Shown: positions 1 through 12,429 of the stretch, in pieces
How positions within the stretch are numbered: position 1 is the first letter of the stretch
Layout of the letters: every line of letters begins with the position of its first letter
Assembly: GCA_030390025.1 (NCBI GenBank)
Contig: CM059432.1
Span: 47,680,001-47,744,000, forward strand
Direction of reading: 5' to 3'
Source: Squalus acanthias
Taxonomy: Eukaryota
Length of the DNA: 64,000 nucleotides
Notes under the pieces: model-generated
What the model saw: only the letters and a program-made list of their open reading frames with translations
Database searches by the model: none
What the model was told of the DNA's origin: nothing
Made by a program: the position numbers and the translations under genes

Positions 1-175
1 GTTGGACACAGCAAGATCTCACAAACACATATGAGACGAATAACCAATTAATATTTTTGGGTAGTGTTGGTTGAGGGAGGAATATTGGCTAGGATATCTG
101 GAGAACTGCCTGCTCTTTGAATAATATTGTGGAATTTTTATGCCCAGCTGCACAGGCAGATAGAGATGTCGCAGA
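1..175 (-). mobile_element. DeuSINE-like SINE fragment
   Basis: Matches the body of the fuller copy at 18972-19385 (cacagcaag..cacaaaca..tgttggttgaggga). Confidence 0.6.
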
Positions 176-179
176 AAGG

Positions 180-1663
180 CAGCATGTCGATAGAGAGGAC
201 GGGGCCAAGATAGATTCTTGGGGGGGGATCCAGAGGTAACGGTAGAGGGGCAGGAAATTAAGCCATTGCTAGAGATTCTCTGGCTACAATTGGATTGCTA
301 AGAGTGGAACGAAACGAGAGCAGTCCCATTCAACGAGGCATTGGAGGAAGATGGTGTGGTTGACTGTGTCAATGGCTGCAGAGAAGTTGAGAAGGGCGAG
401 GAGGGATAGTGCACCATGGTCAGTTACAGAGGTTGGCATTTGTGAATTTGATTAGGGTCATTTAAAAGCTGCAGCAGATGTGATGTAAATATTCAAACTG
501 AGTTGCAGGAAAGATGGGCACAGATTTGGGAGGCAACAACACATTCAAGGACTTTGGAGGGAAAAGGTGGTTTGAAATGGGCGATAGTTTGCAAGGTCAG
601 AGGGGTCAAGGGTGGATTTTTTGAGGGGGTGAAAACCTCAGTTTCAAAAAGGAGGAGAACATACCCAAGGAAAGGGAGCTATTTACAATGTCAGCTAGCA
701 TGGGAGTGAAGAGGGAAGCTGGTTGTTATCTAGCTTTAAGAATGAGGTTAAGCGAACAGGAGGTGGGTCTTATGGACAAGATGAACTCAGAGAGGGCATG
801 GGGAGATAGGAGAGAAGCGAGGGGAAGACGCAGGATCAGAGCTAGGGCAGGAGGGACCTTGGAAGAAATTTGGCTTGGTGGGCAAGGGGAAAGGGGGAAC
901 ACAGCTGATCGGATGGTCTCAATCTTAGTGACAAAGAAGTCCATGAGCTCCGCACAGATGTTGGAGGTGAGGGTGGAGGGGGCAGGGGAGAGGGGTTTAA
1001 GGAAATGGTTGGTAGTGGAGAAAAGAAGTTGGGGGTTATCTTTGCATTCCAGGATGATCCTGGAGTAGTTATCAGTTTTGGCAGAGGACAGTAAGGCCCA
1101 AGAGTGCTTGAAGTGGTCCAGCCAGATCAGGCAATGGATGGCTAAACCAGTTGTGCACCCATTGGACTTGAGAGAGTGAAATGAGGACCATATCAGAGGA
1201 ATGACCAGTGTGGGAGAGAGTAAGAGTTTTACTGGGGACAAGGGCAAAGACAAAGGTGAGGAAGTGATTGAGCAGAAGTGACAGCTGCAGAAGTATCATG
1301 GCAAATGGACAACCAAAAGTTTGACAGTTGGGAGTTTGAAACTGCAGCTGTAAGTGACTTGGCGGATAATTTTTTACAGCATCAGATGCAGAAATAATTG
1401 GGGTTGGAAGGAGATAGGAGGATGCAAGTGGTGAAGGATACAAGGAAATGATCAGAGATGGCCTTGTCTGTGCTCAAGACGATGAGCATAGAGAGGCCCC
1501 ATGAAGTAGCAAGATCAAGGGGGTGGCCTTGAGTATGGGTAAGAGAGTTTATATAGGAGAGGTTAAGGGAAGACAGAAGGGCAGTCAAATTAGAGGAAAG
1601 AGGCCAAAGTAAATTGAGATGGAGATTGAAATCACTGAGAACACCTGAATAGGCAACTTCCAA
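180..1663 (-). mobile_element. L2-clade LINE, degraded endonuclease/RT region
   Basis: Minus-strand translations SDFNLHLN, THTQGHPLDL, ISDHFLV (APE endonuclease) and YSRIILECKDNPQLLFSTTNHFLKP; collinear with the L2 copy at 16125-17480. Confidence 0.8.
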
Positions 1664-1682
1664 ATTATTTTTCTATACTTAC

Positions 1683-1731
1683 AGGCTTTTTAATGTAGTA
1701 AGTATTCATGTGGAATTCAAAGAATCAGAAT
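1683..1731 (-). other. Candidate 49-nt internal exon of the minus-strand gene starting near 11.7 kb
   Basis: Acceptor ttttcttctactgtAG and donor GTAAGT flank the segment, in non-repeat sequence between two LINEs. Confidence 0.4.
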
Positions 1732-1877
1732 CTACAGTAGAAGAAAATTTCAAAAATCTAAAACAAAGTTGGACTACTTATCAATTTATTAAAAACCTAA
1801 GATAAATGCCAAATAAATTATTTCCCTAACCAGAAAAAAGGTTGCCTTTTCTCTGCATGTTAAAAAGAACTTGCATT

Positions 1878-2960
1878 TCATAGAATCATACAGCACAGGA
1901 GGCCATTCGGCCCATCGAGCCTGTGCTGGCTCTCTGCAAGAGTTAGCAATTAGTACCACTCCCCTGCTCTTTCCACATAGCCCTGCAAATGTTTTCTTTT
2001 TAAGTAGACATCCAATTCCCTTTTGAAAGTTACTATTGAATCTCCTTCCACCACCCTTTCAGGCAATGCATTCCAGATCATAATAACTCTCATCTCCCCC
2101 CTGTTGTTTTTTTTGCCAATTATCTTAAATCTGTGTCCTATGGTTACCGACCCTTCTGCCACTGGAAACAGTTTCTCCCTATTTACACTATCAAATCCCC
2201 TCATAATTTTGAACACCTCTATTAAATCTCCCCTTAACCTTCTCTGCTCTAAAAAAAACAATCCCAGCTTCTCTAGTCTCTTCACATAACTGAAACCCTT
2301 CATCCCTGGTACCATTCTAGTAAATCTCCTCTGCACTCTGAGGCCTTGACGTCCTTTCTAAAATCCAGAATTGGACACAATACTCTAGCTGAGGTCTAAC
2401 CAATGTCCTTGAACGTGTTGATGCCTCTCAAATCAGTGACTCTATACCGCAATTGAAAAAGCCAAGGATACCGTAAGGTTTTTTTTTTTAAAACAGCTTT
2501 ATCAACTTGTCCTGCCACCTTCAAATATTTGTGTATGAACCCCCAGGTCTCTCTATTCCCGCACCTCCTTTAAAATTGTGCCATTTAGTTTCTACTGCCT
2601 CTCATCATTTTTCCTTCCAAAATGCATCACTTCACACTTCTCTGCATTAAATTTCATCTGCTATGTGTCTGCCCATTCCACCAGTCAAGTCCTCCTGAAG
2701 TCTGCTACTATCCTCCTCATTGTTTACTTCATTTCCAAGCTTTGTGTCATCTGCAAACTTTGAAATTATGGCCCCTGTCCAGGTCATTAATATACATCAA
2801 AAAGAGCAGTGGTTCCAATACCAACCCCTGGGGAACATCACTGTATACTTCCCTCCAGTGCTACAAACAACCATCACCACTACTCTCTGCTTTCTGTCTC
2901 GCAGCCAATTTCATATCCACGCTGCCACTGCCCCTTTAATCCCTTTAATTTTGCTAACAT
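1878..2960 (-). mobile_element. CR1 (HER1-like) LINE 3' part
   Basis: ORF 1950-2336 QRRFTRMVPGMKG..RRLRGDLIEVFKIM; CR1 3' tail (catagaatcata) at left end. Confidence 0.9.
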
Positions 2961-2974
2961 CTATTATGTGGTAC

Positions 2975-3205
2975 TTTATATAGCGCTTTATCACAGTCTT
3001 AGGACATCACAAAGCGCTTTACAACCATTGGATTACTTCTGAAGTACAGTATCTATTATATAGGCAAACAAGGTAGCCAATTTTACCCACAACAAGGTTC
3101 CACAAACAGTTAATCTGTTTTTGGTGGTGTTGGATGAGGGAGGAGTGTGGGTCAGGCACCAGGGGAACTCACTGCTCTTCTTTGAATTGTGCCATGGAAT
3201 CTTTT
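2975..3205 (-). mobile_element. DeuSINE-like SINE fragment
   Basis: tttatatagcgcttt tail plus body similar to 18972-19385. Confidence 0.65.
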
Positions 3206-3239
3206 ATGGAGCTACTGTTTAACTGATCAGCCAAAAACG

Positions 3240-6200
3240 GCACCTGTGACAATAAAACCGGACGGACCACCCGGCATCAACCTTGGTACTGGCTTTGGAC
3301 ACAATAGCACACCCAGTTGACCCTGCAAATTCCTCCTCTCTAACATCTGGGGACTTGTGCCAAAATTGGGAGAGCAGGCTAGTTAAACAACAGCCTGACA
3401 TAGTCATACTCTCAGAATCATACCTTTCAGCCAATGTCCCAGACTCCTCCATCACCATCCCTGGGTATGTCCTGTCCCACCAGCAGGACAGACCCACCAG
3501 AGGTGGCAGCACAGTGGTACACAGTCGAGAGGGAGTGGCCCTGCGAGTCCTCAACATTGACTCCGGACCTCATGAAGTCTCATGGCTTCCCTGCTGATTA
3601 CCACCTACCACCCTCTCTCAGCTGATGAATCAGTACTCTTCCACATTGAACACCACTTGGAAGAAGCACTGAGAGTAGCAAGGGCACAGAATGTACTCTG
3701 GATGGGGGACTTCAATGTTCATCACCAAGAGTGGCTCGGTAGCACCACTACTGACTAAGCTGGCCGAATCCTGAATGACATAGCTGCCAGACTGGGCCTG
3801 GGGCAGGTGGTGAGAGAACCAACACGAGGGAAAAACCTACTTGACCTCGTCCTCACCAATCTACCTGTCGCACATCTATCTGTCCATGACAGCATTGGTA
3901 GCAGTGACCACCGCACAGTCCTTGTGGAGACGAAGTCCTGTCTTCACACTGAGGACACCCTCCATCGTGTTGTGTGGCACTACCACCGTGCTAAATGCAA
4001 TAGATTCAGAACAGATCGAGCAGCTCAAAATTGGGCATCCATGAGGTGCTGTGGGCCATCAACAGCAGCAGAACAGTGTTCCACCATAATCTGTAACCTC
4101 ATGGTACGACATATCCTTCACTCCACCATTACCATCAAGCCAGGGCACCGACCCTGGTTCAATGAGCAGTGCAGGAGAATGTGGCAGGAGCACCAGGCGC
4201 ACCTAAAAATGAGGTGTGAACCTGGGGAAGCTGCAACACAGGACTGCATGCATGCTAAACAGCGGAAGCATCATGCTATAGACAGAGCTAAGCGATCCCA
4301 CAATCAACAGATCAGATCAAAGCTCTGCAGTCCCACCACATCCAGTCGTGAATGGTAGTGGACAATTAAACAACTAACGGGAGGAAGAGGCGCCATGAAT
4401 ATCCCCATCCCCAACGCACTCCTGGCTGGCCTCCCACATTCCACCCTACGTAAACTTGAGGTCATCCAAAACTCGGCTGCCCGTGTCCTAACTCGCACCA
4501 AGTCCCGTTCACCCATCACCCTCGATGCTCGCTGACCTACATTGGCGCCTGGTTAAGCAGCGCCTCAATTTCAAAATTATCATCCTTGTTTTCAAATCCC
4601 TCCATAGCCTCGCCCCTTCCTATCTCTGTAATCTCCTTCAGCCCCACAACCACCCCCACCCCGAGATATCTGCGCTCCTCTAATTCTGCCCTCTTGAGCA
4701 TCCCTGATTATAATCGCTCAACCTTTGGTGGCCGTTCCTTCTGTTGCCTAGGCCCTAAGCTCTGGAATTACCTACCTAAACCTGTCCGCCTCGCCAACTC
4801 TCTTTCCTCTTTTAAGACGCTCTTTAAAACCTACCTCTTTAATCAAACGTTTTGGTCATCTGCCCTAATTTATCCTTATGTGGATCGGTGTCAAATTTTT
4901 TGTCTTAAAATACTCCTGTGCAGCGCCTTGGGACGTTTTATTGCGTTATATATAAATATAAGTTGTTGTTGTTGTTGTTGATGGCGGAGGCCAGCACACG
5001 AGTGCAAAAGACAAGGCTGAAGCATTTGCAACCATCTTCAGCCAGAAGTGCCGAGTGGATGATCCATATCAACCTCCACCTGAGGACCCCACCATCACAG
5101 AAGCCAGTCTTCAGCCAATTCGATTCACTCCACGTGAAATCAAGAAACAGCGGAGCGCACTGGATACAGCAAAGGCTGTCGTGCTGAAGACTTGTGTTCC
5201 AGAACTAGCCGCGCCTCTAGCCAAGCTGTTCCAGTACAGCTACAACACTGGCATCTACCCGACAATGTGGAAAACTTTCCAGGGACGTCCTGTCCACAAA
5301 AAGCAGGGCAAATCCAATCCGACCAATTAACATCCCATCAGTCTACTCTCAATCATCAGCAAAGTGATGAAAAGTGTCGTCGACAGTGCTATCAAGCGGC
5401 ACTTACTCAACATTAACCTGCTCACTGATGCTCAGTTTGGATTCTGCCAGGACCACTCGGCTCCAGACCTCATTACAGCCTTGGTCCAAACATGGACAAA
5501 AGAGCTGAATTCCAGAGTTGAGGCGAGAGTGACTGCCCTTGACATCAAGGCAGCATTTGACCGAGTGTGGCATCAAGGAGCCCTAGTAAAATTGAAGTCA
5601 ATGGGAATCGGGGGAAAACTCCACTGACTGGAGTGATACCTAGCACAAAGGAAGATGGCTGCGGTTGTTGAAGGTCAATCATTCCAGCCCCAGGACATCG
5701 CTGCAGGAGTGGCTCAGGACAGTGTCCTAGGCCCAACCATCTTCAGCTGCTTCATTAATGACCTTCTCTCCATCATAAGGTCAGAAGTGGGGATGTTTGC
5801 TGATGATTGCACAGTGTTCAGTTCCATTCGCAACTCCTCAGATAATGAAGCAGTCCATGTCCGCATGCAGCAAGACCTAGGCGACATTCAGGCAAGTAAC
5901 ATTCGCACCACACAAGTGTCAGGCAATGACCATCTCCAAAAAGCGAGAGCCTAACCACCGCCCCTTGACATTCAACAGCATTACCATAGCCGAATCCCCC
6001 ACCATCAACATCCTTGGGGGGGGGTCACCGTTGACCAGAAACTTAACTGGACCAGCCACATAAATATTGTAGCAACAAGATCAGGTCAGAAATTGGGTAT
6101 TCTGCGGCAAGTACCTCACCTCCTGACTCCCCAAAGCCTTTCCACCATCTACAAGGCACAAGTCAGGAGTGTGATGGAATACTGCCTGGATGAGTGCAGC

Positions 6201-6680
6201 TCCAACAACATTCAAGAAGCTCGACACCATCTAGGACAAAGCAGCCCGCTTGATTGGCACCCCATCCACCACCTTAAACATTCACTCCTTCCATCATCGG
6301 CATACCGTGGCTGCAGTGTGTACCATCTACAAGATGCACAGCAGCAACTCGCCAAGGCTTCTTCGACAGCACCTCCCAATCCCACGACCTCTACCACCTG
6401 GAAGGACAAGAGCAGCAGGCACATGGGAACATCATCACCTGTAAGTTCCCCTCCAAATTACACACCATCCAGACTTGGAAATATATCACCGTTCCTTCAG
6501 TGTCGCTGGGTCAAAATCCTGGAACTCCCTCCCTAACAGCACTATGGGAGTACTTTCAGCATGCGGACTGCAGCGGTTCAAGAAGGCAGCTCACCACCAC
6601 CTTCTCAAGGGCAATTAGGGATGGGCAATAAAGTCTGGCCTTGCCAGCGACGCCCACACCCCAGAAACAAATTTAAAAAA
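3240..6680 (+). mobile_element. CR1-group LINE, near-complete ORF2 (APE endonuclease + RT), disrupted
   Basis: Motifs PDIVILSESYL, GDFNVHH, PTRGKNLLDLVLTN, GSSDH, ALDIKAAFDRVWH, GVAQDSVLGP, MFADD; stops and frameshifts; 3' end ggatgggcaataaa and A-rich tail. Confidence 0.9.
4412..4980 (+). mobile_element. L2 LINE 3' end nested inside the CR1-group LINE
   Basis: L2-type 3' coding remnant ending in tatataaatataa(gtt)n; host LINE sequence resumes directly after 4980. Confidence 0.85.
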
Positions 6681-6683
6681 AAC

Positions 6684-6795
6684 AGTACTCCTCAGTACTG
6701 CAGTGAAGCAGCCACCTAGATTCGGTCCTCATGTCCATAGTGGGGTTTGAACTTTCAGTCTTCTGACTCAGAGGCAACTGAGCCAAGGTGATACT
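6684..6795 (-). mobile_element. SINE 5' (tRNA-like head) fragment
   Basis: Matches head region of 18972-19385 and 30040-30335. Confidence 0.55.
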
Positions 6796-7096
6796 TAACA
6801 TACTAACTTTGGGTTAACACTTGCTGAGACATGCAGACAATAGTAAGACCTAGGGGGAGGGGAGAAGAGCACAGTTATTACTCTAGAGTATCTTAGCCTG
6901 TCCTGGTTGACTAAACACAGGAAAATAGCCAGGAAGCCAAACAGATTCCACCACTTTTCCTAGATAAAAATGCAAGAATTTAATAAGTGGATATGTAACT
7001 GACTTCATTGTTCCACTATTTCAATACATTAAAAATAGTGTGTCAATAGATTCGAATGAATCTTTGTCTAACACGTGCTCTGCCTTTACTAGTCTG

Positions 7097-7175
7097 AGAA
7101 GTCGCACAACACCTGGTGTTGTGCGACTTCTCATTTTTGTCCACCCCAGTCCAACACCGGCATCTCCGCATCATG
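7097..7175. mobile_element. 79-bp hairpin-containing insertion with 12-bp target-site duplication
   Basis: tttactagtctg at 7085-7096 and 7176-7187; perfect 19-bp inverted repeat spanning 7095-7133. Confidence 0.75.
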
Positions 7176-7220
7176 TTTACTAGTCTGGAGCAGTGAGATA
7201 TTCAGTTTATCTCATTTGTC

Positions 7221-7504
7221 ACAACAACAACTTGTATTTATATAGCGCCTTTAACGTAGTAAAACGTCCCAAGGCGCTGCACGGGAGTATTTTAAGACAA
7301 AAAATTTGACACCGATCCACATAAGGATAAATTAGGGCAGGTGACCAAAAGCTTGGTCAAAGAGGTAGGTTTTAAGGAGCGTCTTAAAGGAGGAAAGAGA
7401 GGTAGCGAGGCGGACAGGTTTAGGCAGGGAATTCCAGAGCTTAGGGCCTAGGCAACAGAAGGCACGGCCACCAAAGGTTGAGCGATTATAATCAGGGATG
7501 CTCA
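7221..7504 (-). mobile_element. L2 LINE 3' end
   Basis: Reverse complement of 4695-4980, including (caa)n tail. Confidence 0.85.
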
Positions 7505-10500
7505 CTTACTTTGTCACTTATGCCCTGTTTATACTGTCAACTGCAAACCAAAGCATTCCCAATTTCCAGTGCACTCTGGTTTACAATTGACAGTATAAAC
7601 GCTACAATCTGTCTTTGCAATAGATTATCTGAGATCTAGACTTGTTGGTGGTTGCAGAATTTGCTTCAGGTGCATCAAGAATAAAGAAATTCACCCGCTC
7701 TGCTCCTCAATACAACATACATGCAAGGATATACAACTCACTATGTAAAACGCTTGGAGAAGTTTCATCATGATAAAACACTGTACATAGGTATTGTGTG
7801 GGGGTGAAAAAAATTATTCTTAGTTCCCAAATAAAGATATTTGGTGACAAATGTCACTTTTGCAATGGCCATTAAATTCAACAATCTGATTTTATTTAGA
7901 TATAGTGATCAGTTACCATTTTGCCCATTTGCAGAGCACTTGCTGCCATTGTTATTTTTAACACTAATCCTCCACCTACACCTTTCCTTCTACTCTCTAG
8001 GTCATTTCTAAAGAAACATTAACATTACTGTTGAATCAATATAAACAATATCAAAAGCCACTTGACAAGACACGTAACTGAAATTCACTGTGATTTTAAA
8101 AAAATGAAAATTTAAACACATACTTGAGTCAAAATATTAGTACGTCATCTGTACCTTCCTACAGAGCAAAAACAAATCTCACTCATATATAGTAAAAAGT
8201 TTCACTTATAGCAGAAAAGATCCTTTCAATTATCTGGCCTTTACTTTAAGCCAAACAAAAATATATTTTGCGCCAAAAAGTGGTTTTCTAACTGACAAAC
8301 TGGTGTTTGGCTAGAGCTATCAGCGCACTTGGTATGGCTGACCTAACAGTAATTGCCTTTACTCACTTGCCTTTGCCAAATAAATAACATCTCCAAGCAA
8401 ACAAATTCTATGCAACGCCTGTCTTGCCAATTTGAATATGCTGCTGCAACGGATGAATAATATAAAATTGTGATCTCTTTAACTGAAAGAAAGAAATTCC
8501 AAACTTCCAACTTCAGGCCAGTTTCTAATACTAAAATTTTTTTGCGAAAATGTCCCTGGATTCTTTTTACATCAGTGTCAATTTTATATGACTCTACAAG
8601 TGTGCCCTCACAAACACTGTAATGAGTGGCATCACTTCTCTGATTTCTCTAAGCAGCACCGCAAAATGATGCAATAATGCTGCATGGGAAATATTAGAAT
8701 TCAACTATTGTTTTCACACGCATATTGTGAACAGTCTTCCAACTGAACACGAGTCATACTTCATAACATACACACAATATAACTCTTCAAGTTTAATGAT
8801 GCACGTACGGGATTAGCACATTATTTTTTTTCTATTTTTGTAATTTATGTTTTTCTCCCTATGTCTCCCAAGCCATCCACAACTTCTGGCCAAGACGATA
8901 GCCAAGTGATTTGCTCCCACGCCACTCAAGTTGACCACAAGGAGGAGCATGAGACCGAAACTAGTGACTCACCCTCCAAATGTTCTCTCCCTGACCTCTG
9001 CTTCAGATGTTTCCAGCATTTGTTTTGTTTCAGATTTTCAGTATTTGTGTGGGGTTTTTTAAGAACATCTATGCCTATCAACTTGATTAAGGAAGTTAAT
9101 ATGACTGCTCTCTGCATTTTTCTAAAATTCACAAACTTCCCCTCCCTGCCTTCATAAAACTTCTTCTGTGGCCCTCCAATGCCATGAGGGCAGGTGCACT
9201 ATTTCCTGGTGTCTGCCACTGCCACTCTTTCCCAACTCTGATTTACTGACAGTAAACATCAACGAAATCTATGATATCATGATATCAGAATATTTTGTAA
9301 ATAAGTTCAAGGGCTGTTTCTCAGTTACTTTCAATTCACATAGAGCAACGATGCACAGAGTCATACAGAATAGTAGGGCTATGTCAATCAAAGTTTCTTT
9401 CTGCTGCTGATCCTTAGTTGAGAGCTCTGTGGTTTGCATAATTTAAAATCATCTCCATATTCTTCACAGCCTGTTGCTACAATCAGAGAAATAAACTGAA
9501 AAGTCATTGCACTGTGCATATATTCCTTGATAACTAGTGGCAATTAATTTGAGGCCAAGCATATATCAGCTTTTTTTTTAAATCGAGCTAAGTGGGTGTC
9601 AAATCACAAAGAACTTTTTGCATGTTTTCTCGTTATTTAATTTTACCCTTTTCCAATTTAGAGACAAATGAAATCAGGATGATCACAAATGCAGTTTATG
9701 TATATTAACAGCAAATAAGGTGCATCAACTCTAACGTGCACTAATTGAACAAACTGCAATCTCAGTCACTATGGTCAAAAAAAGGACGCATACAGTCCTA
9801 TACCACAAAGATACTAGCTAAAGGGATGAGGTGATTTAGCAAATGGCTGCAACTTAAAATAATTGTCCAGGTGGTCACAGCAAAATAAGCCTCTAATATA
9901 CTGAAAAACAGACACAGCATTATAAATACAGGCACCAGGCTCGAGACAGGCCAGACTTTTGTCAGAAAAAGCTCTCAAATGTAGATATTTAGCATGAGCT
10001 TTAAATGAATTGATTTCGTAGGCATAGTCTTCAAGAACTATAATTTAAGGATGCAGTTTTATCTTCAAAGAATATTTTGGACTTTTAATTTGAATGCTCA
10101 CAAACAATTACTTCTGTGTAATCACAACTCAAAAACAAAACCATCAGTAAATTAATACACGATTAAGCGCATGTAAGAGAAATGGGGCTTTGCTGCCTAC
10201 ATACTCCCTACTGTAGTGATTATGTTTAACTTCTATGTTGCTATGCTTTTTTTAATTTTATAGAAGCAAACTGTTTTTAAAAAGGACTTGATCTATAAAA
10301 TTCAGTACAGATCTGCAAGGCCATTCCTGAATTGCGTCAGTTGTCATTTAGGCACGGGCAGAGCACGACTACAACTATAATTTTCCTTCTCATATGGGAG
10401 GGTTACAAATCCATCAGTACACGGTAATTACAAAACTGTAAACAGCACATCAGCTGTATTCTTAAAGGCAGCATCGGGCCTACAAAAGGCCCAGAGAAGA

Positions 10501-11129
10501 GATGCTGCAATGTTTTACTTCTGTCAGCAGAGGCAGAGGAATCCAGGAATTATTGGATCTGGGACCTTACATACGGCGGGGGCGGGGGGGCAGAGGACAC
10601 AGCTACAGCTGATAGGAGTCCACAAAACATTTTAAAACACCCCAAGAAGATGCTTTTGTCAAACGTCTACAAAGGGTAAAACTTGCAAACTGCGTTCTCC
10701 CTCAAATCACACCTGATCCACTGGATTGCAACTCAAGTACACAGGTCGAGTAAGGTTTTTGACCAAAAATACTCATCTACAAGTACAAGATGTGCCCGGG
10801 CTGCTTCGTCATGGTCATGGACACTTGTGATTGCCAATAGGGCAACATACAGTTCGAACTGCAGTGGTCCCCTCTCGCAAACAAATCCCCCCACCTCCAC
10901 CTCTATCCAGCCCTGGGGACAAATCCAGTCAGATTCAGCCTCTTTGTATCTCTGGCTGCTGGACAGGCGAAGTGCAAGCTCCAAATTGCAGTCTCTGGGA
11001 TCTATTTATGAGCGACGAAAACCAGTTCCGGAGAGAAACTGTGCTGCAAATGTCCCGTCATTTGACAATAACTTTTATGAATAACACTGATCTATTTTTT
11101 TTTGTTGCACAATCTGGAGTGCGAGTGTG

Positions 11130-11850
11130 AGCCCTGAGCTGGGCTGGGCTGAAAGCCGGGTCGGCAAGGCTGCTCCAGCCCGGCTGCCCCTCGGCCCAAC
11201 GGGGAGAGGGGCACATGTTTGGCCCAATGCCGTCTCCGGCTGGCTGGCTCGCTGGGGGTCTGCAGACTCGGAGTTCGGGCCCTCGACCGCTTACAGGGCC
11301 TCGGTCACTGGGTCAGATCGGCCCGCGGGCCCCCGGTACAGGCCCGGTTATTGAGAACGATCGCACTTTTTTTTTGGTCGGGCCGTGGGCCCGGGCTGCC
11401 GCTCGCAGCCTCCTCCATCACTGACAGCCCGGAGCTGCGGTAATCACTGTGCCCGAGTCCGGCTCTCGCACCGACCGAGCGAGCGCCCCCTCCCCTTCAA
11501 TACAAAACAACGGCCCGCCGTCACCCTGCTCGCCAGGCCTGCGCTTCTCACCGATTTCAAGGCCGCCTCCTCCTCCTCCTCTCCTCCTCCCAGGCGCTGC
11601 CTCTCCAGCTCCGGGCTCCCCCTATTCCTGGTTTCTCCGCTCCTCCGCGCAGCCCCGCTCTCCGATTCCCATCTCCGGCACCGAGACACACACAGCGTCA
11701 CCGACACCGCGTGCGCGCACCCGAGCCCCCCCCCCCCCCCCCCCCCCCCCCCACAAACTGCGCGTGCTCGCGCTCCCACCGGTGTCGGCAGGCGCGCGCC
11801 CTTCAGAACCACGGCGGCGCGCGCGCGCGTGCGGCCAGAAGGAGTTGTGC
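11130..11850. promoter_or_regulatory. CpG island promoter
   Basis: Abrupt GC/CpG-rich block in AT-rich surroundings, not matching any repeat in the window; GCGC tracts and a 27-nt C run at 11726-11752. Confidence 0.8.
11552..11720 (-). other. Probable first (5' UTR) exon of an unidentified minus-strand gene
   Basis: GGA-rich leader inside the CpG island ending in gaaatcg|GTGAGA donor; TSS position approximate. Confidence 0.55.
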
Positions 11851-11902
11851 TCGGCTGCTGTGCTTTTGTGAAGAATGCAAGAGGATGAGTTCTTGTTGTT
11901 AC

Positions 11903-11975
11903 AAATGCTGGAAATACTCAGCACCTGTGAAGAGAGAAACAGAGTTAACGTTTTAGGTCAATGACCTTTGGTCAA
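11903..11975 (-). mobile_element. Penelope-type terminal repeat fragment
   Basis: aaatgctggaaatactcagca..agagttaacgttt..ggtcaatgacc, as at 49832-49963. Confidence 0.55.
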
Positions 11976-11989
11976 AGAGATCTTCTTTC

Positions 11990-12215
11990 GTATGCAAAGC
12001 AAATCAAATGTCAATATCTAAGTCAGATATCGAGGCCAAAGCTTCGGTTGCAACAGCAAGGATATCTTGTAGGCTACCTGCGAATTTCCTCGCAGGGCAG
12101 CGCTCAATCATGTGCTCCAGGGTCTGATCAGGAGCTCCACAGTCGCATGATGGGGATGCTTTAAATACATCCATCTATGGAGAAGGTGGCAGCATCTACC
12201 ATGACCGTCATGGAA
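11990..12215 (-). mobile_element. Non-LTR retrotransposon C-terminal Cys/His domain fragment
   Basis: Minus-strand GHGRCCHLLHRW followed after a frameshift by CDCGAPDQTLEH, resembling C-terminal zinc-knuckle regions of RTE-X/Ingi-type ORFs. Confidence 0.5.
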
Positions 12216-12429
12216 AGAGATAAACAGGCCCAGTGGCAATCTCCGGCAGCAACCTTGTTTTGTTGCAGAGTTCAATATTCTGAAGGCAAAACTGTCTTTG
12301 CAGGTGATGGTGCACCAGCATGATTGCTGACCTTTGCCAAGTTGAAATCTAAACAGAAGGCAGAATAGCGGCAGACTGTTCACTGGGTAAAGGTGGTCAA
12401 GTGTGGACTAACTGTGCCAACCATCTTTA

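Noticed and set aside
8651..8685. miR-15/16-like seed agcagcac
   Set aside because: Remainder does not match the family and pairing is too short
11385..11956. Several 80-170 aa ORFs with poly-Pro/poly-Gly
   Set aside because: Products of stop-poor CpG-island sequence and the C27 run; no recognisable domain
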